Positions 27,954 to 37,713 are shown, numbered from the stretch's first letter. The stretch: DNA of 64,000 nt from Methanothrix sp. (GCA_963682135.1 OY821645.1:992001-1056000); one strand, 5' to 3'. Program-made: numbers and translations. The notes: generated from the sequence alone by a model not told the origin.

Positions 27954-30242
27954 TTACCCTTTGTACTCCCCACCCACCAGCTCGCGAATGCGCTGCGCGA
28001 TCTTCGGACCCACCAGTTCTACCTCTTGCAACTGCTCAGATGAGGCGGTCATTATCTTCTCAACAGAACCGAAGTGCTTGAGCAGATTCCTGGCGACCAT
28101 TGGCCCAACACTGGAAATGGCCGATATTAAATACTCCTGCTGCTCTTTGAGCGTCCTGGCTGTCTTGTGGCCATGCACCTTGGGCTCGCGCCCCTCCCGC
28201 ATCTCTCTCTTAGCCAGCAGAGCGATAACCGAGGCCGTTTCATCCCGGTCTTCCGTGGGAATTATGGGGACGCCGTAGTTCACCGCCACAGAAATCATAG
28301 CTCCGCGAATAGATGCGACATTCATCTGCGAGGTGTAAAGATCCCTGCCCTCCAAAATCAAAACAGGCCGATCATAAGTCCTGGCCAGATCCGCCATCTG
28401 GCGAAATAAATTTCTCTGGGGATCGATGATCGAGGCCACAAAATCCTTTGCCGTTTTGCGTTCGATAGCCACTTTTTCACTGATCACATAGTCTCCTACT
28501 TCTAGATTCTTGACGGTGACATCGATTTTCAGAGACTCCAGAAGCTTTGCCATCTCCCTCTCCCTTGAGTCAACAAAGATTTTGGCGAGCATCTTGTCCG
28601 ACTCTTCCTCTACTTCTTGTTCATCATGCAGATATTTCTCGTCCATCTCAGCATGGCCGGCCGCCGCCTCAGTTATCTGAAGCTGCCGGGGGGAGAGCTC
28701 TCTTAGCATCGATTCCTGGCCGGGGCCGCTCAGACTGCGTATTTGCCGGTTCATGGTCTTTTCCTTGCGGTCTGAGATCCAGTAATAGGCCTCATCGCGC
28801 GTGCCCTTGGCCATTAATACTACGACTCTGCCGGCCCTTGCCCTGCCAGTCCTGCCTTTGCGCTGAATGCTGCGAATCTCGGAAGGCACCGGCTCATAAA
28901 AGATGACCAGATCGGTAGCAGGAATGTCGATGCCCTCTTCTCCCACAGATGTCGCAATGAGGACATTGAAATCACCTGCCCGAAATTTCTGCAGAATATC
29001 TGCCTGTTTTTTCTGGCTGAGCCCTTCATCATTCTCGCGGCTGGACTGACCTACGAATCGCACAGCCCGAATGGCATTATCATCTTTTAAGAACTGGAGA
29101 AGAGATGTGGCTGTGTCTCGATAGTTGGTAAAGACCATAATGCGAGCCTCTGGCTTCTCGGCAATCTGCTCTTGCAGTATTCTCAGCACGGCAGCAGGCT
29201 TGGGATGCTCTACTTTCAGGTTATGCAGTGATTCTACCACCTGCCTGAAACTCGGGTCCTGCATTATTCTGCGGGATGCTTTGGAACCGCTTCGCGAGAG
29301 GGCTTCCCCATCAAGCCGCTGAAAATATCTGGCCAGTGCATCCGGTCCCTGCGTCTCCGCCAGCTCTACCGCATGATGCAATTTGAGGATCTCGGCCATG
29401 AGTGATATGGCCGAAAATGTCGATTTATTGGCCTTGCTCTTGGCCGAGGACATGAGGGCGGCCTGCAGCCCAAGAAGCTCTTTCTTGGAGGACTTGGCAT
29501 CTATTCGGACGGAACTGACGCCCAGTAGGTTCAGATCATCGATTCTGCGAGAGAGCAACTCCTCTATGGCCGTGCGGATCTGCAGAAGCTCTTTGGGAAC
29601 TATAAGCTTCACCCATTCTATCTCCCGCTCGTGAACAAATGGTGCGACATCGGGATCATTTTCCGTGCGGGTCTGGATCGTCTCAATACGAAGGTTAGTA
29701 CAGATCTCAACGATCTTCTCGCTCTGGCTGCCGGGACTCGCGGTAATCCCCAGGACCAGAGGACTCTTCGCCTCGCGATGATAGCGATCGGCGATATATA
29801 CATAAGCATAGCTGCCCACTGCCCGATGCGCCTCGTCGAATATCACCAGGGAGACGTCCTCAAGGTCGATCCTTCGAGAGAGAAGATCGTTTTCGATCAC
29901 CTGTGGCGTGGAGACTACGATGCGGCTCTGCCCCCAGGATTCAATCCTTTTTTCCGGCGGGCTCTCTCCGGTCATCATGGTGACCTGATCATTATCTTTG
30001 AGCACGCGCTGCAAGAAAACCGCATGCTGCTCCACCAGTGGCTTGGTAGGAGCCAGAAAAAGAATCCGGCCCTTATCCATTCGAGCCAGAATCACCATGA
30101 GAGCTATGACGGTTTTGCCCAGGCCAGTGGGCACTACTACAAGACTGGAGGACTTGAGAGCGTTGGCGGCCAAATCCAACTGGAAGAGCCGCTTCTCCAC
30201 AGTTTGCGGCAATAGATGCACATGCTCCAGGAAAGAGGACAT
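27954..30242 (-). CDS. hef: Hef helicase/nuclease (SF2 DEAH helicase + ERCC4 nuclease + HhH); ORF extends to 30323, likely start 30242
   Basis: PTGLGKT, DEAH, TASP, QRKGRTGR, GDY..ERK, C-terminal HhH pair. Confidence 0.95.
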   Translation of the reverse strand: MSSFLEHVHLLPQTVEKRLFQLDLAANALKSSSLVVVPTGLGKTVIALMVILARMDKGRILFLAPTKPLVEQHAVFLQRVLKDNDQVTMMTGESPPEKRIESWGQSRIVVSTPQVIENDLLSRRIDLEDVSLVIFDEAHRAVGSYAYVYIADRYHREAKSPLVLGITASPGSQSEKIVEICTNLRIETIQTRTENDPDVAPFVHEREIEWVKLIVPKELLQIRTAIEELLSRRIDDLNLLGVSSVRIDAKSSKKELLGLQAALMSSAKSKANKSTFSAISLMAEILKLHHAVELAETQGPDALARYFQRLDGEALSRSGSKASRRIMQDPSFRQVVESLHNLKVEHPKPAAVLRILQEQIAEKPEARIMVFTNYRDTATSLLQFLKDDNAIRAVRFVGQSSRENDEGLSQKKQADILQKFRAGDFNVLIATSVGEEGIDIPATDLVIFYEPVPSEIRSIQRKGRTGRARAGRVVVLMAKGTRDEAYYWISDRKEKTMNRQIRSLSGPGQESMLRELSPRQLQITEAAAGHAEMDEKYLHDEQEVEEESDKMLAKIFVDSREREMAKLLESLKIDVTVKNLEVGDYVISEKVAIERKTAKDFVASIIDPQRNLFRQMADLARTYDRPVLILEGRDLYTSQMNVASIRGAMISVAVNYGVPIIPTEDRDETASVIALLAKREMREGREPKVHGHKTARTLKEQQEYLISAISSVGPMVARNLLKHFGSVEKIMTASSEQLQEVELVGPKIAQRIRELVGGEYKG

Positions 30243-30526
30243 AAGAGATTCATTGCTACTTGTTGTATTTGATTGCATTGATTTCCAGAGAGATTGATCT
30301 ATCGATATGCATTTATTATTCATAGTATATCATTTAAACTATACTAATTGCTCCCCCAAGCGCGGGAGAGCTATTCCTGAGTAGGAGGGAGATCACCCCC
30401 ATCAAGGTTGTTTTGAAGGATAAATTTATATAATATAAAAGTAAGAGATTGGTAGAAAGCTAAATCTCGCTTATTTAGCGAAATAGCTTAAATTAATCGC
30501 TTAAAAAAAAGGGGGCGAAAAGAAAA

Positions 30527-31378
30527 ATGAAGGGAGTAATAGTAGTAGCATTCATGCTTGCAATTGCCCTTATGGGAGGTTGCAGCATTGTGCTAGCTAA
30601 TCCACCACTGGTACCGCCAGTGCAGTATGAGCAGTTCTGTGAAGCACAAAAAGTATCCGGAACAGGAATTATCGATGTCAGCACATCGGTAATAGACAAA
30701 AAGATCGCACTTGAGTATTACAACACCATGGCAGGCGACGGCGACATGGAGCTTGATTCCGAGCATGCATACTCGCAGGACCCTGAGAAGCTTAAGAGAA
30801 ATATAACATCCGTTAATGGCGGAAACGAGTCCGGGTTGAATCTCTATGAGACCACCAAGCTGACCTATGCAGGCGAGACGCCTCTGACCGGCGGCAAATA
30901 TCTGCATTCCAAGGCATTCTACGGCGGCATAGGCGCCGATGTTCAGGAGATGTTCTCCGTCAATGAGATGGAAAAGGATGAGACGTCCTTCTTTGCCTCG
31001 ACGACGCCATATCGACCACAGAATGTGTCCCCTGATGGGACCGTAAATAAGGGTGCAATCGATCCCGAGAATCTGTTAAAGGATCAATTGCTGAAGAAAG
31101 CGGGCAGGGACACCACGACGGTTGAGAAGATGATGTCATCCTATGGTGAAAAGGATAAACCTTCGGTGTATATTCCGTCCCACTTGATCGGCATGGAAAC
31201 CAAGACCTCCTTCAATGGTACCTGGGGCACCGATGCCAAGTGGCACAAGATATTCTACAAGGATATCAAGGCCCACGAGATGTTCACAGGAACCTTCGAG
31301 GCCGAGAAGACCATAAAGTTCCATGAGAATCCCGTGCCGGATAATATCCATCCGCCATGTGATGGCATCGACTGCTAG
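30527..31378 (+). CDS. Secreted beta-rich hypothetical protein
   Basis: Signal peptide; TATA-like TTTATATA at 30425; paralogous to the C-domain of the next gene. Confidence 0.8.
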   Translation: MKGVIVVAFMLAIALMGGCSIVLANPPLVPPVQYEQFCEAQKVSGTGIIDVSTSVIDKKIALEYYNTMAGDGDMELDSEHAYSQDPEKLKRNITSVNGGNESGLNLYETTKLTYAGETPLTGGKYLHSKAFYGGIGADVQEMFSVNEMEKDETSFFASTTPYRPQNVSPDGTVNKGAIDPENLLKDQLLKKAGRDTTTVEKMMSSYGEKDKPSVYIPSHLIGMETKTSFNGTWGTDAKWHKIFYKDIKAHEMFTGTFEAEKTIKFHENPVPDNIHPPCDGIDC

Positions 31379-31391
31379 GAAATCCTGGCAG

Positions 31392-31410
31392 CCTTTTTTT
31401 TCTTTTTTTT
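31392..31410 (+). terminator. Oligo-T archaeal terminator candidate
   Basis: Two long T runs separated by one C, starting about 15 nt after the 31378 stop. Confidence 0.55.
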
Positions 31411-31424
31411 AGTGGGGGATAAGC

Positions 31425-32609
31425 ATGAAGAATCAAATGATCTGCATAATGATAATATTTGTTCTGATGAGCTGCCTGGTAGAGGCCACAGTCGAGGATT
31501 CAGGCACAGCTTCGGGGGATGTCTCGAGCAATATTTGGACGGGCCCCACATCGCCGACTTTGCCGACATATCTGCCCAGCCCATGTTCCGGAGATTCTGG
31601 AACCCTGGAAGTGAGCATCGGCTTTACCGGGCCAAAATTGGAGCAGGATAAATGGTATACAACCCCCGGCAAACCATTGGACTTCATGGTTACGATAAAT
31701 AACAATGGCATCACTCAGGTCGAGGCAGAGGCAAGTATCAAGCCGGAGAGCTGTCCTTTTGAATGGTTTAGCTGGACGACGACCACCGTGACCATTCCGG
31801 CAGGAGTCTCCCGCTCCGTTGCCCTGCAAGTTTTGCCGGATAGCAGCGCGATAGCTGGAGAATACGGATTCGAAGTGGAGGCTTCGGCCAAATGCCGCAG
31901 CTGCAAGCCACAACCTGCCGAATTCAAGGTTCAAGCATTCGACTATGCCTCAGAGACCTCTGTGAGCGGCTCGGGACAGTTTCAGATCAATAAAGACCTC
32001 AGATCCATGAACTCCGGCATCAAGTCCAGCAAGAACGTGCTGTTTTCCGGCAGCGTGGATGCCCTGGTAAAGAATGAATACATGGTAGACGCCGCAAAGG
32101 GCAAGAATGCCAATTTCCAGGAACAGGATGCAGTTGACAACTACAATTCCGTCTCTCTTGGGGATGCGCTCGTTGGAACTGAGAGCTTCAAAAGTTCTGC
32201 AATCTTCGGCGGCGTAGGAGCCAAAGTCCGGGAGAGCTATGATGTTTCACAGATGGAGTTTCAGAGCCAGGATTTCACACTGCATCAGACAGGATCTATG
32301 AAAAAGAATGCAGAATTCAAGACGGCGGACAACTTCACGGGATATTACCTGATAGATGCCAAGCAGATAGTTCCTGGCCAGAAGAGTATGAAAGAATTCG
32401 AGGAGTATTTCGGATCCTTTGAGATCAACCGGAGAATACTCTTCCGGGATGCTGCAAAATCTGGGGCGCCATGCCAAGAAGGAGATTGTCTGAAAGCACC
32501 GAGCATTAACGCACCTACACCAAGCAGTCCCAGCTTTACCAGCCCATGCTCAAGCGGCTCATGCAATAAATTCACAAATGCTCTAAATGCCTTCACCAAA
32601 CTGGCTTGA
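31425..32609 (+). CDS. Secreted protein with an Ig-like N-domain and a C-domain paralogous to 30527-31378
   Basis: Signal peptide, PG...F.VTINNNG / AGEYGFEVEAS Ig-like pattern, Cys/Pro/Ser tail. Confidence 0.8.
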   Translation: MKNQMICIMIIFVLMSCLVEATVEDSGTASGDVSSNIWTGPTSPTLPTYLPSPCSGDSGTLEVSIGFTGPKLEQDKWYTTPGKPLDFMVTINNNGITQVEAEASIKPESCPFEWFSWTTTTVTIPAGVSRSVALQVLPDSSAIAGEYGFEVEASAKCRSCKPQPAEFKVQAFDYASETSVSGSGQFQINKDLRSMNSGIKSSKNVLFSGSVDALVKNEYMVDAAKGKNANFQEQDAVDNYNSVSLGDALVGTESFKSSAIFGGVGAKVRESYDVSQMEFQSQDFTLHQTGSMKKNAEFKTADNFTGYYLIDAKQIVPGQKSMKEFEEYFGSFEINRRILFRDAAKSGAPCQEGDCLKAPSINAPTPSSPSFTSPCSSGSCNKFTNALNAFTKLA

Positions 32610-32630
32610 TATTTTTTGCAGAAGGAATAA

Positions 32631-32692
32631 GGCGAAGATCTCGGGGGTAATGGAAGAAATATGTCATTTCAATTCTTCCATCGTTCTTCGCC
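32631..32692. terminator. Long imperfect hairpin after the secreted-protein pair
   Basis: GGCGAAGA...ATGGAAGAA / TTCTTCCAT...TCTTCGCC inverted repeat. Confidence 0.4.
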
Positions 32693-32955
32693 CAATCTAC
32701 TAACTACATTCATTATATATAAAACTATTCTTTTTTAGTAAGTAAATTTAATAATTCGATTTCCAAATATATCATAAACACAATGAGATAATCTAATATA
32801 TCGATTAATTATGTTTAATTACTTTTTAGTTAATATATTTATGTATTGCAAATATCGCAGACTAATCTATTTTTATAGTAAGATTTTTCTTAAATTAGAG
32901 AATATACCTACTTCGAATTTGGAGAATTACCGGCATTGAGTCTAATGACCTCGAT

Positions 32956-34259
32956 GTGACTTCCTCCCTTGCCCCTGAAGGGGCAGGGCTTCCTACGTCA
33001 TCGATCTAACTTGCTTTGATATTTTGCTCAAAGTAGGGGTAGGATCTTGATAGGCACTTCCCCTCAGTCCAAGGGTGCGAATGTTTATGCTGGCATTGAT
33101 GTCTCTATCCAGTTCTAAGCCGCAATTAGGGCAAAGGTGGACTCGATCTGCCAGCGTCTTTGGGACCATCATACCACACTGAGAGCATTTTTGAGACGTA
33201 TATCTAGACTCTACCAGTTCCACCATTTTGCCAGCTTTTGCAGCTTTGCTTTGAGTGAACTGGATTAATTTGCCCCATGCGTGATCTTGTATATGCTTTG
33301 CTAGGTGGTGATTCTTGAGCAATCCCTGGATATTCAGGTTTTCAAATACTATTAGATCGGCTGAATCTACAATCTTCCTGGATACCTGATGCAAGAACTC
33401 ATCTCTATGGTTCTGGATCTTCTGATGGAGCTTCGCGACTTTGATTTTGGCCTTTAGCCTACTGCGTGACCCTTTCTTCTTCCTTGACAGATTCCTTTGA
33501 GCTACTGCAAGCTTGTTTTCTGCCTGGATGTAGTATCGCGGATATTCAACCGTTTCACCTGTAGAGAGAGCAACCAGACTATTTAAGCCTACATCTGCAC
33601 CAATAGCGGTCTTTAGCTCGACCAGAGGCACATCCTCTTTTTCAGATACGAGGATCGCATACCAGTGACCCAGATTATCTTTCTTGATGGTGCAAGTCTT
33701 AATCTTGCCTTCAATCTCTCGATGCTTGAAGATCCTGATTGAACCTATCTTAGAGAGAGTCAACTTCGATCCTTCAAGCTTGTAACCGATTTGTGGATAG
33801 GTGAAAGACTTGTACCATCCTTTGCCCTTGAATCGAGGATATCCAGGCTTTTCGCCATTCTTGACCCTTCGGAAGAACGCTTTGAAAGACTTATCTAACC
33901 TGCGAAGGACATCTTGAAGCACTTGAGAAAAGACACCTTTGAAGTTGCCATCTTTTTTCTCTGCAACCAGCATGGCCGCCTGATCCTCGTAGGTTCTGCT
34001 GATGCCTTCAACTTCATAGGCATTCTTCCTGTCGGCCAATGCCTGATTATAGAGATGCCTGTAAGTATCTAGAGTTAGCTCCAATTGGGCTTCATGTTGC
34101 CTATTGGGGTAAATCCTGAACTTGTAGGCAGTCTTCATTGCAGATATTGAATCTTCCTGGAAAAGATATATAGTTAAGCGGCGCGAAGCGAAAGTAATAT
34201 GGAAAGCATACCGCATTCATCCCGCCCCCTAGAGAGAGCGGGTCTTCTGCCTGCTTTCT
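32956..34259 (-). mobile_element. Non-autonomous IS200/IS605-family (IS1341-like) element, tnpB only
   Basis: Left-end hairpin CCCGC..GCGGG at ~34219-34241 preceded by TTAT (minus strand); right-end hairpin at ~32965-32990 ending GGAAGTCAC; no tnpA inside. Confidence 0.85.
32993..34138 (-). CDS. tnpB: RNA-guided endonuclease TnpB (start MKTAYKFRIYP)
   Basis: N-terminal HTH, GYPRFK, RuvC D (GADVG) / E (VFENL) / D (DRDINA), CSQC..CPNC zinc finger. Confidence 0.95.
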   Translation of the reverse strand: MKTAYKFRIYPNRQHEAQLELTLDTYRHLYNQALADRKNAYEVEGISRTYEDQAAMLVAEKKDGNFKGVFSQVLQDVLRRLDKSFKAFFRRVKNGEKPGYPRFKGKGWYKSFTYPQIGYKLEGSKLTLSKIGSIRIFKHREIEGKIKTCTIKKDNLGHWYAILVSEKEDVPLVELKTAIGADVGLNSLVALSTGETVEYPRYYIQAENKLAVAQRNLSRKKKGSRSRLKAKIKVAKLHQKIQNHRDEFLHQVSRKIVDSADLIVFENLNIQGLLKNHHLAKHIQDHAWGKLIQFTQSKAAKAGKMVELVESRYTSQKCSQCGMMVPKTLADRVHLCPNCGLELDRDINASINIRTLGLRGSAYQDPTPTLSKISKQVRSMT

Positions 34260-34346
34260 ATAAGCAAAAAGAATAAATGGTTAAAGCTCAAGTAGCTGAA
34301 AAAAGGGATCTGATTGCGAACCCTTTTGAGAAAGGAGGTTCATGAA

Positions 34347-34754
34347 ATGAAGTTGATTCTTACATTATTCGTCGTCACGGTTCTTCTGGCGAGCGTTGCC
34401 GTCACGGCCAGCGCTGCCGATGTTCTGGATTTGAGCACATTAGGTAAAAAACCGAGCATAGAGGCAGTTTCCTTGCCCAGGCTCTCGCCTACAATGCCGA
34501 CTATCGCACCAACCGCTCTGGGTGGCAAACTGAATAGCGATGTACTCGATCTCAGCACTCTGGGAAAGAAAGCACAGGCAAATGCGAGTATATCCATGAT
34601 CAAGGGCGCCTCTCCAGTTACAATTACACCCATGTTCTCAGTTAAGAATGGGAATGTAACAAACCAGGCAGGCTCTGTCTATACCCTGCCCCAGGCAATT
34701 TCTGCTACTCCATCCGTCTACACCCCGCCCATAGCCATATTTGGCGGAGCCTAA
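34347..34754 (+). CDS. Secreted low-complexity protein with two DVLDLSTLGKK repeats
   Basis: AGGAGG RBS, signal peptide ending ASA, exact 11-aa repeat. Confidence 0.75.
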   Translation: MKLILTLFVVTVLLASVAVTASAADVLDLSTLGKKPSIEAVSLPRLSPTMPTIAPTALGGKLNSDVLDLSTLGKKAQANASISMIKGASPVTITPMFSVKNGNVTNQAGSVYTLPQAISATPSVYTPPIAIFGGA

Positions 34755-34764
34755 AGAGGAAGAA

Positions 34765-34914
34765 ATGAATGTTTCGCTGAAGGTTGATGGGAAGGCAATC
34801 GATTTAAATGCCTTCACCCAGGAGATCATCGGCAATGCTGCAGTAGCCATGGCCGAGTCTCTGCGGGGCGTGGGCCAAGATTGGAAAGGAATTGAGATCA
34901 GAATAGAAAAGTAA
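34765..34914 (+). CDS. 49-aa small protein resembling the C-terminal domain of archaeal MobB-type proteins (not in the ORF track)
   Basis: Hand translation MNVSLKVDGKAIDLNAFTQEIIGNAAVAMAESLRGVGQDWKGIEIRIEK*; GAGG RBS. Confidence 0.65.
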   Translation: MNVSLKVDGKAIDLNAFTQEIIGNAAVAMAESLRGVGQDWKGIEIRIEK

Positions 34915-34922
34915 TTAGACTC

Positions 34923-35456
34923 TCAATCCTTCTTGCTCTTTTTGAAGACTGATGCGAGGTCGATAAAATAGGTGCCCTCCTTAACCGCCATAATCAGCTC
35001 ATCTCTCTCGAAAAGAGAGGGCAGATTCAGTTCGTAGGTGCCAGGTGCCGTTATCTTGACGCTTTCCAGAGTCTTCTCTTGAGACTTGACCTTGCCATCA
35101 CTTTGATGGTTATCCTCTAAATGATGGTCTTCATCTAAATGATTTCCTTCATCGAGCTTCTTTGAAGGAATGGAACGGGTTGGTGGAAGCGGCGCGACGG
35201 GAAGAGATTCTTGTGAAGCCTGCATTGTCTCTTCTCTTGCCCCTAATGCCACCGACTCTTTTTCCCTCCTTCTGGGAGGTACACGTACGCCCATTGCTCG
35301 AGTTATAATCTGCTCTGACTGCAAGGCTTGCCCCTTAGAATCCTGTGGCCCCCTTTTAACGAACATGAACTTCTTCCAGCCACAATTCGGGCAGCCCTTC
35401 AGGATATCCTCTCCCGAATCGAAGACGTTGCTGCAGCGTGTACAGATATGAGGCAT
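34923..35456 (-). CDS. oapC: OapC-like zinc-ribbon protein (DUF2072)
   Basis: MPHICTRC..ILKGCPNCG.KKF, ESVKITAPGTYELNL. Confidence 0.85.
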   Translation of the reverse strand: MPHICTRCSNVFDSGEDILKGCPNCGWKKFMFVKRGPQDSKGQALQSEQIITRAMGVRVPPRRREKESVALGAREETMQASQESLPVAPLPPTRSIPSKKLDEGNHLDEDHHLEDNHQSDGKVKSQEKTLESVKITAPGTYELNLPSLFERDELIMAVKEGTYFIDLASVFKKSKKD

Positions 35457-35825
35457 CTAGTCCCCCACGGAGACCTTGGTGCTGATCTGATATTTGTCTT
35501 TCTCAATAGTGCGTAGCTGGTTGGCAGGGCCGATGACTGTCATCCTACCCTTGAGAGTTCTGCCAAATATCTTATCCAAAAATGATCCTTCTTTCTTGGA
35601 AGGATAGCTCTCGATCTCTATTCCGGAGAACTCGTCTACCCGAATCTCGGTCATGGTCATCTCGATAAGGCGCACCTCCTCATCAGAAGTCAGGCCGCAC
35701 TCCAAGACCACAATCTTACCGTTCTTGACCTTGTCCAGGATGAGCCGAATCTTCTCCATGGAGGTCATTTTCTCCAGCTTCTCTCCGGAGATGAGGTCCA
35801 TTTGCACTTCTCTCATCAAGATCAC
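35457..35825 (-). CDS. oapB: OapB-like protein (DUF2073)
   Basis: SMEKIRLILD, GL...EE..LIE.TM, FSGIEIESYP, MTVIGPAN. Confidence 0.88.
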   Translation of the reverse strand: MILMREVQMDLISGEKLEKMTSMEKIRLILDKVKNGKIVVLECGLTSDEEVRLIEMTMTEIRVDEFSGIEIESYPSKKEGSFLDKIFGRTLKGRMTVIGPANQLRTIEKDKYQISTKVSVGD

Positions 35826-36460
35826 CCAAAATGAGCTGCTATCGCCTGATAAAGGTTATCTATATTCGATCCTTCCAGGGCGGAAATTTGCACCATGGCA
35901 TGCTGGGGGAAGGCAGCCTTAATTCTGGCAGGCGAGGCGTTGGGCAGATCCATCTTATTGGCTACAATGAGCAGAGGAAGCTTCCTTGCTTCCATGTTTC
36001 CAATCACTACTACATTGACCTGAGTATAGGGGTCCTCGGTTGAGTCCATAACTAAGAGCACTCCGTCCAGGTCATCCAACCATTTGATGGCTTCTATAAC
36101 GCCTTCCGTAGCTTCTTTTGCCCTCTTCTTGGACTCCGCCTCGGTGAGGCCGAAGGCCATGAACTCCTTGAAGTCAACCTTCGTGGCCATGCCTGGCGTA
36201 TCGACTATATCCAGCTCGATGCTCGACCCATTGGAGCGGATCACCACACCCTCCTTCCTCATGGCCCTGCGAGTCTCATGTGGAATGGGGGAGGCCACAC
36301 CGAAGCTCTCACCTCCACTCCAGTCATGCAGAATCCTGTTGGCCAGGGTAGTCTTTCCTGCATTAGGCGGGCCATAAAGTCCTATTTTGGCCCTCTTTTT
36401 TTTAAATATCCTGTCTATCCATGTCCCAAGGCTCTCCTTGAGGCTACTGATGAAACCCAT
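35822..36460 (-). CDS. oapA: Era-like GTP-binding protein OapA
   Basis: GPPNAGKT, PHETR, DTPG, ANKMD, SAL. Confidence 0.9.
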   Translation of the reverse strand: MGFISSLKESLGTWIDRIFKKKRAKIGLYGPPNAGKTTLANRILHDWSGGESFGVASPIPHETRRAMRKEGVVIRSNGSSIELDIVDTPGMATKVDFKEFMAFGLTEAESKKRAKEATEGVIEAIKWLDDLDGVLLVMDSTEDPYTQVNVVVIGNMEARKLPLLIVANKMDLPNASPARIKAAFPQHAMVQISALEGSNIDNLYQAIAAHFG

Positions 36461-36520
36461 GTCTTACCTCATATCTGATAAGCGCATATCTGTACTAATA
36501 ATTTTCCATGAGAAAAATTT

Positions 36521-37615
36521 TTAACTGAAGATATCCTGGGCAGGGCAATGGCAGACGAATCCCTCGAACTGCCCGGACCCTCGCAAAGCCTTCCAGGCAT
36601 CTTTCAGAGAAGAGTCCTGGATATTGGCATAGCTTTCCCTCAAATAAGGACAGGCTCTGACGCTGCCGTCAACTGCCACATGCATCCATCTTCTCCCAGC
36701 CATGCAGCCCATTAATTGGCCCTCAAAATATGTACTGGCAAAAAGCCGGGGCCCTCCCGGCGTCGAGTTGATCTTTTTGTAGAGGCCTATGATCTTCTCC
36801 CTCTCAATCAATGTCAGCTTTTCCTCAGGAGTCTTGGGAATGCCCTCCCAGATGGATAGCTCCTGCACACCCAATTTAGAAGCCAAATCGTAGAGATCCG
36901 AGATTCGGTCCACCTGACCTGCCTTTATATGACAGGCCATAGTTACCATCAATCCTGTCTGCAGAGCGATCTGTATGGCTTCTATTGCCCTGGCATGAGC
37001 ACCTTCAACACCCCTTACCAGATCGTGCTCCTCGGGAATGGTGCTGTAAACGCCAATAATCAGATTATAAAGCCCGGCTTCTCTGAGCCTGACCGCTTTC
37101 TCGACAGTCATATCAAGGCCAGGCGTAAAGAGATTTACCACAGCTTTCTCAGGATCGACATGCTTTATCAGTTCGAAGATATCCTCTCGCAAAAGGGGGT
37201 CTCCTTCGGTAAAGGTGACGATGCAGGTGCCCATCTCCAGGGCCTGGTCGATGGTGCGCAAAATGTCCTCGCGGGAGAGTTCACCCTCGCCCGTTCTTAT
37301 CAGGCAGTGGTCGCATTTTGCTCCACAGCGTCTCGTAACCTCGATGGAGAGGGTCTGAGGCACCGGGCGGCCCATCGCAAAGCGTGCTTCATTGACCAGC
37401 AGTCTCTTGAAGGGACCGCTGGGAATGGGCGGAAGCCAGGTACTGGCAACCATATCCTTCAGCCTGATCTGAGCAGGTTTCTCCTCCGCCAGCCTCTGGT
37501 TTATCATCTTCAAAACCGGCTGGACCATACGCGCCAGAGCACCCGATGCCTGCAGGGCTCGAAGATCCCTATCATAGTCCACGCATAGCGCGGCCGTCTT
37601 GATAAGCTGGGTCAT
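36521..37615 (-). CDS. Radical SAM protein with a SPASM/twitch-like C-terminus
   Basis: CGAKCDHC (CxxxCxxC), TEGDPLLR, GCMAG...G.V..CPY. Confidence 0.9.
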   Translation of the reverse strand: MTQLIKTAALCVDYDRDLRALQASGALARMVQPVLKMINQRLAEEKPAQIRLKDMVASTWLPPIPSGPFKRLLVNEARFAMGRPVPQTLSIEVTRRCGAKCDHCLIRTGEGELSREDILRTIDQALEMGTCIVTFTEGDPLLREDIFELIKHVDPEKAVVNLFTPGLDMTVEKAVRLREAGLYNLIIGVYSTIPEEHDLVRGVEGAHARAIEAIQIALQTGLMVTMACHIKAGQVDRISDLYDLASKLGVQELSIWEGIPKTPEEKLTLIEREKIIGLYKKINSTPGGPRLFASTYFEGQLMGCMAGRRWMHVAVDGSVRACPYLRESYANIQDSSLKDAWKALRGSGQFEGFVCHCPAQDIFS

Positions 37616-37713
37616 TATGATCTAACTTTTTTCGTGGCAGTTATAGAGTTATCGCTACAGGAAGAGATAAGGTTAAATCGACCCTGCCTCTTGTACGAGA
37701 CTGGTGTTGCGAA

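Noticed and set aside
32700-32930. Very AT-rich stretch about 2 kb from oapABC as a possible replication origin
   Set aside because: oapABC neighbours oriC in haloarchaea, but I found no ORB (TTCCAGTGGAAAC-like/G-string) repeats and there is no cdc6/orc1 in the window
35105-35158. 18-bp degenerate repeat (DEGNHL/DEDHHL/EDNHQ) in oapC
   Set aside because: Ordinary slippage in a variable linker; no evidence of separate function
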